Assembly (NCBI GenBank): GCA_032161105.1
Contig: JAVHTD010000031.1
Direction: 5' to 3' (one strand)
Source: Candidatus Thermosaccharophagus tengchongensis
GTDB taxonomy: Bacteria; Armatimonadota; Fervidibacteria; Fervidibacterales; Thermosaccharophagaceae
DNA: 27,075 nucleotides
Shown: piece by piece, positions 1 through 8,854 of the stretch
How the letters are laid out: each line of letters begins with the position of its first letter
Numbering within the stretch: the first letter of the stretch is position 1
The notes under the pieces: model-generated
Databases searched by the model: none
Told to the model about the DNA's origin: nothing
The model's input: the letters and a program-made list of their open reading frames with translations, nothing else
Made by a program: the position numbers and the translations under genes

Positions 1-2
1 GG

Positions 3-149
3 CGCTATGTGGTTGGCATGAATTGGTCAACGTATCAGTCCAAGTTGTGGGATGGTTCAGGCACCTTTAATATCCATGGTCGGTATATCCCTGGGATAGT
101 GAAACCCTACTATCACGACAAGTATCGGCAGGGCAGCGAACCCTTTTAA
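3..149 (+). CDS. 3' end of a hypothetical protein (truncated by the window edge)
   Basis: Open frame from position 3 (RYVVGMNWSTYQ...RQGSEPF*). Its TAA stop at 147-149 overlaps the TAAGGAGG Shine-Dalgarno of the next gene, suggesting an operon. Confidence 0.55.
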   Translation, partial: RYVVGMNWSTYQSKLWDGSGTFNIHGRYIPGIVKPYYHDKYRQGSEPF

Positions 150-163
150 GGAGGCGATAGACC

Positions 164-1417
164 ATGAAGACACTCGGCAAGCGCACTTTACTCATCGTGG
201 CGATAGTCATCGCCACACTGTTAGTCAGTTACTGTGCCTTCTACGTCGGGGCATTGGGAGGGCAAAAGGAGATGGCACAACATGAGATGGCACAACATCG
301 AACCCCAGACGAAGTATGGGCGGGGGAGTTGAAAAGAATACAGAACTCAGGGCGCCAACCCTCCCCTGACGAGGAAGAGGTCATCAAGATGTGTCTGTGG
401 ATGAGTTATTTGACCGACAAGGAAGTGACTTCATGGCTCAAGCAACTGGACAATCGGTGGTATCCTCCCCTTTCCCGATACGAACCGACATGGCCTCGGT
501 GTTGGGGAGGGATTAGCCGATTCTTGGACTTGAATCCACCACCGCGAAGGTGGGGGGTTGGTGAAAAACTTCGCTCCTACGTTTTTGTGGATGGCAAGAA
601 GGGGGAACTGGTCGACGAGCCAACACCCGTTCCATGGTCAGGAGGGTGGGGGATAGACTGGCGAAACGATGCGACTCATAAAACTTTCGAAATTGATGCT
701 AAATGGTTGCGTTATCCTCACGCCCTGGGAAAACTTGATGAATGGCCTGCTGGTGATGAAGCCTCTTACCGCCAAGTGCACGGCGTCGATGTCGCTGTCA
801 TCATGCGTTACGCCATTAAACATGGCTCCTTTTCCGGTCCTGTCATCGGGGATGACAGTTTCTTCATTGTCGGCAGTTGGTTCAAAACACCAAAAGGTGA
901 GAAATATTATGATTTTCGAGATGAATGGTTAGCCTTCAGATGGTTAGCCTTCAGGAAGTATAACTTTCGGGTGACGATAAACATGATGCCTACGAGTGGC
1001 AAACTCGAACCTGCCACCGATGAGGAGCGGGCGATGATAGAAAGGGTTGCAAGATTTGTGGAGGCTGAAATCATCGCATATTCCTTGCTTGGTTTGGAGA
1101 AGTTCACAATTTTACAGGCAAAGTTGGGTAATGAGGACTTCTACCTGCCAGCAGGACGCACAGGGGTTGGCAGTTACATAGTCCCCGTCGGATATGTCAT
1201 AGGACTTGTGACAGGGAAGAGACCTGTCTATGATATGAACCTTAAGCAGATGAGAGTGGAAGTGAAAGGGCGGGAAGAGATAGTGAGAGGGGAGTTAATA
1301 GAGGCAGCCAACAAGTATTTCCCGATTCCTGAGTGTGAGAGGTTAGTTGCGAATTGGGAAGCAATCCAATCGCTATTAGGGTTGAAGAAGGTTCGAGACA
1401 TTCGCTTTGAACGGTGA
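164..1417 (+). CDS. Hypothetical protein with N-terminal signal/membrane anchor
   Basis: 417-aa ORF with strong SD AAGGAGG about 9 nt upstream. Basic N-terminus followed by a hydrophobic stretch (TLLIVAIVIATLLVSYCAFYVGAL). No family recognised. Confidence 0.8.
   Translation: MKTLGKRTLLIVAIVIATLLVSYCAFYVGALGGQKEMAQHEMAQHRTPDEVWAGELKRIQNSGRQPSPDEEEVIKMCLWMSYLTDKEVTSWLKQLDNRWYPPLSRYEPTWPRCWGGISRFLDLNPPPRRWGVGEKLRSYVFVDGKKGELVDEPTPVPWSGGWGIDWRNDATHKTFEIDAKWLRYPHALGKLDEWPAGDEASYRQVHGVDVAVIMRYAIKHGSFSGPVIGDDSFFIVGSWFKTPKGEKYYDFRDEWLAFRWLAFRKYNFRVTINMMPTSGKLEPATDEERAMIERVARFVEAEIIAYSLLGLEKFTILQAKLGNEDFYLPAGRTGVGSYIVPVGYVIGLVTGKRPVYDMNLKQMRVEVKGREEIVRGELIEAANKYFPIPECERLVANWEAIQSLLGLKKVRDIRFER
269..298 (+). 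repeat. Perfect 15-bp tandem duplication GAGATGGCACAACAT x2 (EMAQH-EMAQH)
   Basis: Read directly: 269-283 and 284-298 are identical. Confidence 0.95.
925..954 (+). repeat. Perfect 15-bp tandem duplication ATGGTTAGCCTTCAG x2 (WLAFR-WLAFR)
   Basis: Read directly: 925-939 and 940-954 are identical. Confidence 0.95.
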
Positions 1418-1546
1418 AGATAAGGGAGAGGATAGTTGAGAATTCATGGGCAACCATGCAAACTTGCACAAAAGGCCATAAAGTCAAACCTCATTTGGAG
1501 GTGAATGAAAGGGAATCTTTGGCGGTGATTAGCCTTCCTTTCTCTG

Positions 1547-2078
1547 TCAACTGCTTTTTCCTTTCACATCACCCATCCCAATCCTCCTCATCTTCTCCAT
1601 GTTCACTAATCATGCCAGCAATTCTACCGTCTCTTCATATCCCTTCCCCACCCACGACATCTCCCACCAAAAATCTCGTTCCTCTTCATCGCCAGTATCT
1701 TGTGCTCCACCTTTACCCTTTCCCCTCTGTTTTCTCTGTTCCTTACCCTCTCTGGCAAAGGAAGGTGTTATTTCAAAAAAATCTTCATCATTTCAAAATT
1801 GCGATAAGCATTGCTCTCGTGAAGTTCAAAAAGGAAACCTAAAAGGGCAAAGGTAAGATAGTGGCGAAGAAAGAAAAGGGTTATAAAGACCTTTCTTTCA
1901 AAGACAATTTGAACTTTCCCCCGCACCTATTTCTCTTTCCCTCCTTGACAACCTTTTCCTTTCAAATTCAGGATGGGCTTCTTTGAGGACAGTCGTGAGT
2001 TCCTCAAAGGGTTGAGGTGAAATCCCAGTAAGGCGACGGAAGATGGTGGGAGAGTTTTGCTCTTTCCAAGTTAAACAT
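1547..2078 (-). pseudogene. Degraded IS5-family (ISL2-group-like, HTH_Tnp_4/DDE_Tnp_4) transposase with frameshifts, stops and an internal deletion
   Basis: Manual minus-strand translation across frameshifts from ATG 2078 (SD AGGGGTG): MFNLERAK / PTIFRRLTGISPQPFEEL..HPEFERKRLSRREREIGAG / KFKLSLKER / VFITLFFLRHYLTFALLGFLFELHESNAYRNF..K*HLPLPERV, joined to RNRENRGERVKVEHKILAMKRNEIFGGR / YEETVELLA*LVNMEK. These match the N-terminal, HTH and C-terminal RxxVEH motifs of this family. No convincing terminal inverted repeats found. Confidence 0.8.
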
Positions 2079-2125
2079 GGTCGCTCTCACCCCTTTACAT
2101 GGTCTTTGGCTTGGTTATAGTAGCA

Positions 2126-2154
2126 GTGTCAGAATAAAAAGGCTATGGCATAAT
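2126..2154 (+). promoter_or_regulatory. Candidate sigma70-type promoter for dcd
   Basis: GTGTCA (2126-2131), 17-nt spacer, CATAAT (2149-2154) preceded by TGn (extended -10). Confidence 0.35.
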
Positions 2155-2194
2155 AAGTTTAATGATGACCGTCTCCAAAGGGGGTGCATGTGTA

Positions 2195-2752
2195 GTGGGC
2201 GTCAAACCGGATTGGTGGATACGCAAGATGGCACTTGAGCATGGCATGATTGAGCCATTTGAGGAAAGGCAAGTCACGAAGGGCGTCATATCCTATGGGC
2301 TCTCATCATACGGGTATGACATGCGTGTCTCTGATGAGTTTCTCATATTCACCAATGCCTTCTCAACGGTCGTTGACCCGAAGAATTTTGATGAGCGCTC
2401 ATTCGTCAGGCACAAGGGAGAATATTGCATCATACCGCCAAACTCGTTCGTGCTTGCGCGCTCCGTTGAATACTTTCGCATACCGAGGAATGTGATAACC
2501 ATCACCCTCGGAAAGAGCACATATGCTCGCTGTGGCATCATCGTCAATGTGACACCGTTTGAGCCTGAGTGGGAGGGCTACGCAACCCTTGAAATTTCAA
2601 ACACGACACCGCTACCAGCTAAGGTTTATGCCGGTGAGGGAATAGCGCAGGTCATATTCATTGAGGCTGATGGCGTTTGCGAGGTCTCATATGCCGACAA
2701 GAAGGGTAAGTATCAAAAGCAACAGACGATAGTCCTTCCAAGGGTTGATTGA
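2195..2752 (+). CDS. dcd: dCTP deaminase
   Basis: Motifs [54 protein letters not shown] start at 2195 chosen from SD AGGGGGTG (ORF track starts at 2162). Confidence 0.95.
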   Translation: MGVKPDWWIRKMALEHGMIEPFEERQVTKGVISYGLSSYGYDMRVSDEFLIFTNAFSTVVDPKNFDERSFVRHKGEYCIIPPNSFVLARSVEYFRIPRNVITITLGKSTYARCGIIVNVTPFEPEWEGYATLEISNTTPLPAKVYAGEGIAQVIFIEADGVCEVSYADKKGKYQKQQTIVLPRVD

Positions 2753-2823
2753 ATAGAACGCATACGGCTGGCTTGACTGGCAAGCGATAGGCTGCTGGGG
2801 GATGGTGATGGATTGCCCACTCC

Positions 2824-4371
2824 ATGATGGTGGTGAAGGAATTGAGCAGGGAGGACTACATTCTCATCATGCGCTCAATAGTGAAGGACTTCCCCGGCGT
2901 CAGGGCAGTTGACCATGTTGACTTGTTTGTGCGCCGAGGCGAAGTGCATGGTTTAATCGGTGAGAACGGCGCTGGCAAGTCAACGCTGATGAAGATACTC
3001 GGCGGCGTATACAGCGATTATGATGGCGAGATAATTGTTGATGGCGTTAGGGTCAGGATTCGCTCGCCAAGAGATTCAATAGCTGCGGGGATAGCTGTAA
3101 TTCATCAAGAGCTGAATCTCGTCCCGCAGCTCAGCGTTGCCGAAAACATCTTCCTCGGTCGCGAGCCAGTCAGGGGTCTCTTTGTTGACTTTGCCAAGAT
3201 GAATCGCATGGCTTATGAGTTGCTCTCACCGTTTGACCCGACGATTGACCCGAGGACGCCAGTCGGTGAGCTATCCGTTGGCAAGCAGCAACTTGTTGAG
3301 ATAGTCAGAGCGCTGTCACTAAACGCCCGCATACTTGTGATGGATGAGCCGACATCGGCGTTGACGGAAGCCGAGGTTGAAAAGCTGTTTGATGTCATCA
3401 GACGGTTAAAAGCCTCCGGGACAACCATCATTTACATCACGCACAAGCTCAAGGAAGTGCTCACCATAACCGACCGAGTCACAGTCATGCGTGACGGTAG
3501 AGTTGTCGGGACGATTAACACATCGCAAGCTGATCATCGCATGCTTGCGCACATGATGGTTGGGCGCGAGATTGAGGAGGTTAAGAGGGAAGCCGTTAAA
3601 TGCGGTGGAACTGTCCTTTGCGTCCGCAACTTGAGCCTCTTCAGCCGTGAGAATCCATCAAAGCGCCTCCTCAACAACATAAGCTTTAATTTGCGCTCGG
3701 GCGAAGTCGTCGGAATATTCGGCTTGATGGGAGCCGGCAGGACCGAACTCATGTTGACGCTTTTTGGCTCGCCGTCGGGCATCGTGGATGGCGAGATTGA
3801 GCTTGAAGGAAAGCCGGTCAAGTTCAGGTCACCGATTGATGCGATAAGACACGGAATTGGGCTTGTCACCGAGGACAGAAAAACAAGCGGGCTTATCCTG
3901 ATGATGGCAGCCGGATACAATTCCACGCTGCCGCTGCTGCCATCCCTATCGCTTGCAAACTTCATCAGACGCCGAAGGGAAAGGGAATTGATTGAGTGGC
4001 TATGGAGCAGGTTGCAGATTGTTCCGCCAGATCCATTCATGCCGGCGCAGAACTTGAGCGGTGGCAACCAGCAGAAGGTCGTGCTGAGCAAGTGGCTCGC
4101 TATGCGTCCCAAGGTGCTTTTGCTTGATGAGCCGACAAGGGGTGTGGATGTCGGTGCGAGGGCTGAGATTCACAGGCTCATCAGGGAGATGGCTAAGGAG
4201 GGCGCTGCAATTCTTTTTGCCTCATCTGAGTTGCCTGAGGTGCTCTCACTTGCTGACCGAATTCTTGTGATGCACGCCGGGCAAATAGTGCATGAGTTAA
4301 GAGCCGATGGCGCAACTGAGGAAGAGGTCATGTTTTACGCAAGCGGTGCGCATGCATTGGAGGGGCAGTGA
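2824..4371 (+). CDS. Sugar ABC transporter ATP-binding protein (RbsA/MglA/XylG, CUT2 type, two fused NBDs)
   Basis: Walker A GENGAGKST, IHQELNLVP, MDEPTSAL, YITHKL, GLMGAGRTEL, LSGGNQQKV, LDEPTRGVDVGA, SSELPE. Confidence 0.93.
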   Translation: MMVVKELSREDYILIMRSIVKDFPGVRAVDHVDLFVRRGEVHGLIGENGAGKSTLMKILGGVYSDYDGEIIVDGVRVRIRSPRDSIAAGIAVIHQELNLVPQLSVAENIFLGREPVRGLFVDFAKMNRMAYELLSPFDPTIDPRTPVGELSVGKQQLVEIVRALSLNARILVMDEPTSALTEAEVEKLFDVIRRLKASGTTIIYITHKLKEVLTITDRVTVMRDGRVVGTINTSQADHRMLAHMMVGREIEEVKREAVKCGGTVLCVRNLSLFSRENPSKRLLNNISFNLRSGEVVGIFGLMGAGRTELMLTLFGSPSGIVDGEIELEGKPVKFRSPIDAIRHGIGLVTEDRKTSGLILMMAAGYNSTLPLLPSLSLANFIRRRRERELIEWLWSRLQIVPPDPFMPAQNLSGGNQQKVVLSKWLAMRPKVLLLDEPTRGVDVGARAEIHRLIREMAKEGAAILFASSELPEVLSLADRILVMHAGQIVHELRADGATEEEVMFYASGAHALEGQ

Positions 4372-4507
4372 CAATCCACTTGCGCCACTTTGAGGGGCTG
4401 CAACTCTGCCAGTTGGCAGGCACCCTGCTCCATCCGCAGTGGCAGGATGGATGATTGGCTAAGGGACTTTCCCAACATCTTCAGTGTGGTGCCTTGAGGT
4501 GTGTGCA

Positions 4508-5539
4508 ATGTTGCCCGAAAGAATTAACGATGTTGAGCAGCTTGAGGATTTGCTCAGTGAGCCGACAGAGGGCGTGATTGAAACTCTGTCACGCATGGAT
4601 GGCGATTTGATGGTCTTGGGTGTTGGCGGCAAGATGGGTCCGAGCTTGGCTCGCATGGCTCTCAGGGCATTCAAAGCCGCTGGGGTGAATAACAGGGTCA
4701 TCGGCGTATCAAGGTTTACATCGCCGGAGGTGGCGGGGAAGCTCTCCCAATGTGGTGTTGAAGTGATAGCGTGCGATTTGCTTGATGAGAAACAAGTTGC
4801 GTCTTTGCCGGATGTGCCGAACATCGTCTTCATGGTCGGGATGAAGTTTGGGACAGTTGGGCAGGAATGGATGACTTGGGCTGTCAACACAGCTCTACCG
4901 GCGATGGTTTGCAGCAGGTTCCGAAGGAGCCGTTTCGTCGTTTTCTCAACCGGCAATGTTTATGCCCTGACCAAAGTCGTCCATGGCGGCTCAGTTGAGA
5001 CTGACGCACCGTCGCCGATTGGCGAGTATGCAATGAGCTGTCTTGGGCGTGAGCGAGTCTTTGAATACTTCAGCCGTGAGCATGGCACCGAAGTCGCTAT
5101 AGTGCGCCTCAATTACGCAGTTGAGCTGCGCTATGGTGTGCTCGTTGACCTTGCAAGGAAGGTTTTGAATGGCGAGCCGATTGACCTCACAATGGGCGCT
5201 GTCAATGTCATTTGGCAGGGTGATGCAGTTGCTATGGCGCTGCAATGCTTCTCGCATGTTAGTGCTCCGCCGTTTGTCATCAACATCACAGGTCCGGAGA
5301 CATTGAGCGTCAGGAGAGTGTGTGAGGAGTTTGGGCGGTTGATGAACCGAAGCGTCACATTCGTCGGGACCGAAGCTGAGGATGCGCTGCTGAGTAATGC
5401 TCAAATGGCGCACATGCTGTTTGGCTACCCAAGGGTGAGCGTCAAAAGGATGATATGGTGGATTGCCGACTGGCTCATTCGTGGCGGCGAAGTTTGGGAT
5501 AAGCCAACCCACTTTGAGGAGCGTGAAGGGAGATTTTAA
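4508..5539 (+). CDS. NAD-dependent epimerase/dehydratase family (atypical SDR)
   Basis: Rossmann motif LGVGGKMG, FSTGNVY, EYAMSCLGRER, RLNYA. ATG 4508 follows SD GAGGTG. Confidence 0.85.
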   Translation: MLPERINDVEQLEDLLSEPTEGVIETLSRMDGDLMVLGVGGKMGPSLARMALRAFKAAGVNNRVIGVSRFTSPEVAGKLSQCGVEVIACDLLDEKQVASLPDVPNIVFMVGMKFGTVGQEWMTWAVNTALPAMVCSRFRRSRFVVFSTGNVYALTKVVHGGSVETDAPSPIGEYAMSCLGRERVFEYFSREHGTEVAIVRLNYAVELRYGVLVDLARKVLNGEPIDLTMGAVNVIWQGDAVAMALQCFSHVSAPPFVINITGPETLSVRRVCEEFGRLMNRSVTFVGTEAEDALLSNAQMAHMLFGYPRVSVKRMIWWIADWLIRGGEVWDKPTHFEEREGRF

Positions 5540-5629
5540 TCCGCGTGTGACGAATATGATGCTGCTGCATCGTCGCTGCTATTGCTGCACACGGTGACTT
5601 GTAAGCCACGCGCTTTGGGGTGAGCGGCG

Positions 5630-6697
5630 ATGCAAATTGACACTCAGCTCTGGATGGCGTTGCGTGACGGGATAGCCATAGTTGCGTGTCCATTGGCGCT
5701 CACTAAGGAGCGTAAGTGGGATGAACGCCGCCAAAGGGCATTGTGCCGATATTACAGCGATGCCGGTGCTGGCGGAATTGCGGTTGGAGTGCACACAACG
5801 CAGTTTGCAATACGGGAGCCGAAAGTCGGTTTGTATCGCCCGTTGCTTGAGTTGATGGCTGAGGAGATGAACAGGCTTGACGGGAAGCGCCGCATGCCGC
5901 TTTTCAGGGTTGCCGGTATCTGTGGCGATACAAAGCAAGCCATCATGGAGGCAGCTTTGGCGAGCGAGCTCGGATATCATGCCGGCTTGCTCAGTTTGGG
6001 AGCGCTGAGGGACGCCGATGAAAACATGCTCATTGAGCATTGCCGCGCAGTCTCGGAAGCCATCCCGCTGTTTGGCTTTTACCTGCAGCCGGCAGTCGGC
6101 GGAAGAGTCCTTCCATACTCGTTTTGGAGGAGGTTGGCTGAGGAGGTTGAAAGGCTTGTGGCGATCAAGATTGCGCCATTTAACCGTTACCAAACCATTG
6201 ATGTGGTGCGGGCGATTGCTGACTCAGGCAGGGAAGATGTGGCGTTATACACCGGGAACGATGACAACATCATCCCCGATTTGCTCACCCCATTGCGGTT
6301 CAAGGTCAACGGGCGTGATGTTGAATTGCGCATAGTTGGCGGATTGCTTGGGCAGTGGGCTGTGTGGACGAAGAGGGCTGTTGAAATTTTTGAGTGGTGC
6401 AAAAATGTGGCGAGGGGTGATGAGCCAATACCGAAGGAGTTAATGCGCTTGCATGTGCATTTGACCGATGCCAACGGGGCGATATTTGACGCAGCGAATA
6501 ACTTCGCAGGGTGCATTCCGGGGATTCAGGAAGTTCTGAGAAGGCAGGGCTTGCTCGAGAGCAACCTCTGTGTTGACCCAAATGAGACTTTGAGCCCGGG
6601 ACAGCTTGAGGAGATTGAAAGAGTTTGGAATGCCTACCCGCACCTTCGTGACGATGAGTTTGTGGCTGCCCATATTGATGAGTGGATGAGGGATTGA
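5630..6697 (+). CDS. Dihydrodipicolinate synthase (DHDPS/NAL class I aldolase) family protein, not canonical DapA
   Basis: AGAGGIAVGVHTTQF (variant of the GTTGE loop), FYLQP, putative Schiff-base Lys in AIKIAPF, LYTGNDD. Confidence 0.85.
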   Translation: MQIDTQLWMALRDGIAIVACPLALTKERKWDERRQRALCRYYSDAGAGGIAVGVHTTQFAIREPKVGLYRPLLELMAEEMNRLDGKRRMPLFRVAGICGDTKQAIMEAALASELGYHAGLLSLGALRDADENMLIEHCRAVSEAIPLFGFYLQPAVGGRVLPYSFWRRLAEEVERLVAIKIAPFNRYQTIDVVRAIADSGREDVALYTGNDDNIIPDLLTPLRFKVNGRDVELRIVGGLLGQWAVWTKRAVEIFEWCKNVARGDEPIPKELMRLHVHLTDANGAIFDAANNFAGCIPGIQEVLRRQGLLESNLCVDPNETLSPGQLEEIERVWNAYPHLRDDEFVAAHIDEWMRD

Positions 6698-6795
6698 AAA
6701 GGCGCCGCTTCATGCATCGGCATTCGCAATCAGAGGCGGTGAATGTAACCGAGCAAATTCATCACTTTGCAGCGCCGGGATCAGCTGCTTAACCG

Positions 6796-8544
6796 TTATC
6801 GTTCCTCTCTCCCTTCCAGAACTGGGATGGGCTTTATTACAATGTCAACGCCCTCTGTGACCTGTGCCGGCTTAACAAAGATGCCGCCAACCCTGACTGG
6901 AGCGTAGAGCCAAGCGCTAACTTCAATCTGCACTTTGCCAGATGGCACATTTACAGCTTTGTATCTTCCTTCCGCATCGGTAGTGAGCGTGAGGTATTGA
7001 ATGTCTCTCCTCTCGCCGTTTTCTCGGATGATTCTGAACGAGAGACGCGCATTCGGCAACGGTAAAGGTTCCATCCCCTCTTTGAGTTGAATGAACACTA
7101 TCCCTGTGATCGTTCCCACTGGCGTTAACATAATGACTGTCTCTCCGCCCGGATCAAGCACCACATTCTCGTTAGCTTCCCTATAGCCTTCGCTAAATAT
7201 GCGGATAAAGTATCTCCCACCCTCTGCTGGCACAATTGCGATGCCGTTCTCGTCCGTCTTGATCGTCATCGGTTCGGGCGGGCGCTCTACGCCACCACCC
7301 CTTTCGGTTGGGAACATTTGTATCGTGATGTTGCGCCCGGAAATCGGCACCCTTGTAAATGCATCAATCAACTTCAACTTTGCCGTTGGTATTGGGCGCG
7401 GGGTGAACTTGATTTTGCCCACTTCAAAATGGATGGGCTTACCCTGCTCCAACGCGACCCCACCTGCGATAGCCTTCCCAATCTCCTTGCGCAATTCAGC
7501 TATGCTGGGTAGGGTTACTTCAACTCTTTCTGTGGCAACGGCTGGCTTAGCGCCGAATGTTACCAACCGAAACAGCAGCACGCCTTTCAATGGCTTGAGT
7601 TCGTCAGGCGCTGGCTCCACACGAATCAATGGCATTAGCGTTGCAAAAGGTATGGTGATTTCAAACTGTCCCTGTTCATCAGTGTTTGCAGCCCCAAAAA
7701 GCGGTATGGAGCGCATTAAACCTTCTTGAACCATAAATTGAGCACCCTGAATTTGAACCAGCGCTTTTGCTATCGGATTGCCATTCTCGTCCAGCGCAAT
7801 GCCTCTAAAGGCAAGCCTGCCTTCAAATGGGAATCTTTCGGGAAGGGGTGGTCCTACGGGCACTTGTTGTATCCCGCCAACATACCTTGCCGCTTCAAGG
7901 CTTAGCTTTAAAACTTTGCCTGCCTCAACTGTGAGCGCAAATGAGTTTGGCAGCTGAGCTCTTGGCACACGCATAAGATACTTTGCCATTTGGCTCGTCA
8001 CCCACGCAGCTTCATACTCGCCCGGCTCAAGCCCGCTCCAGATAAGCATCCCGAATTCGTCAATTGCCTTCTGCTCAAATTTCCCCTCGCCCTTCTGACG
8101 AAGCAATAAGACGATGTTGTTGACAGCCCTTGCCGGATTGTCAGTGACCACCGCAACTATTGCTCCTTTATCTCCACTCGCTACCGGTAGCAAAGTCAAC
8201 CATGCTCCGACCCGTTGGTTCGGTGTAACCAGCCGCGTTGATTGCGTGATTATGAGTTCGTTATCAACCACAGCCCTGATTGCATACTCACCCTCGGGTA
8301 TACCTTCAAACCTGCAACGCCCGTTTTCATCGGCTTTCTTCTGGGACGGTAAACCTAAGCGCTCACGGAGGTTGCCATCGGGGGATGACAGGATTATCGT
8401 TGCATCTTTTGCCGGCGTTTGCTTATCCGGCATAAAGACTTGAACCGAAATCTCGCCGCACTTGGCAGGCTGAGTGAACGCAAACGCACCTACAACGCAA
8501 GCCACAGTTGCGATGGCACCCCAAATTAGCTTGTGCCTTTCCAC
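6796..8544 (-). CDS. Exported protein with several carboxypeptidase-regulatory-like (transthyretin-like) beta-sandwich domains
   Basis: N-terminal signal (LIWGAIATVACVVGAFAF). Repeated motifs ADENGRCRFEGIPEGEY, LDENGNPIAKA, TDEQGQFEI, TDENG, TDAEGRYKAVNVPSG. GTG start 8544 follows SD GAGGAGGTG. Confidence 0.8.
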   Translation of the reverse strand: MERHKLIWGAIATVACVVGAFAFTQPAKCGEISVQVFMPDKQTPAKDATIILSSPDGNLRERLGLPSQKKADENGRCRFEGIPEGEYAIRAVVDNELIITQSTRLVTPNQRVGAWLTLLPVASGDKGAIVAVVTDNPARAVNNIVLLLRQKGEGKFEQKAIDEFGMLIWSGLEPGEYEAAWVTSQMAKYLMRVPRAQLPNSFALTVEAGKVLKLSLEAARYVGGIQQVPVGPPLPERFPFEGRLAFRGIALDENGNPIAKALVQIQGAQFMVQEGLMRSIPLFGAANTDEQGQFEITIPFATLMPLIRVEPAPDELKPLKGVLLFRLVTFGAKPAVATERVEVTLPSIAELRKEIGKAIAGGVALEQGKPIHFEVGKIKFTPRPIPTAKLKLIDAFTRVPISGRNITIQMFPTERGGGVERPPEPMTIKTDENGIAIVPAEGGRYFIRIFSEGYREANENVVLDPGGETVIMLTPVGTITGIVFIQLKEGMEPLPLPNARLSFRIIRENGERRDIQYLTLTTDAEGRYKAVNVPSGKVQIEVSAWLYAPVRVGGIFVKPAQVTEGVDIVIKPIPVLEGREER

Positions 8545-8854
8545 TTGATTTGCACCTCCTCGCTCAAACTGCCTTAAGCTGCGCATTGACTTTTATGACT
8601 CACTGTGCATCGCCATCAGTAATCATAGACAATTGTGCGTCCATCAGTATAGACGGCACACAGCATCATCCTGTTCATATGCAGCGCGCAGTTGATAGCT
8701 AAGCGCTGCGCGCGTTCATCGTGCAAAGATTGATGTGGTGTGTGCACTTAATCGGTGCGAAGGGTGTTGAGGATGATCCGTTGTCCTTTAGTGGCGCATT
8801 TGCACGCACTGTAACTTTGCACCGCTACAAACTTGCGCAGCGGGGTGATGCGCC

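Noticed and set aside
1414..1856. Plus-strand ORFs 1414-1842 and 1599-1856
   Set aside because: Ser/Pro/Leu-rich low-complexity translations that are the antisense shadow of the purine-rich transposase pseudogene.
1418..2170. Terminal inverted repeats or target-site duplication for the IS relic
   Set aside because: Only short, unconvincing matches (e.g. AAACTT/AAGTTT) were found by eye, so element ends are not called.
4415..4450. Small hairpins CTGCC-AGTT-GGCAG and CCATCC..GGATGG after the ABC ATPase gene
   Set aside because: No poly-U tail and short stems, so insufficient for a terminator call.
8681..8713. GC-rich inverted repeats (GCGCGCAG/CTGCGCGC and GCAGCGC/GCGCTGC) in a divergent intergenic region
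   Set aside because: Short and low-complexity, no U-tract and no second copy in the window; may be chance.
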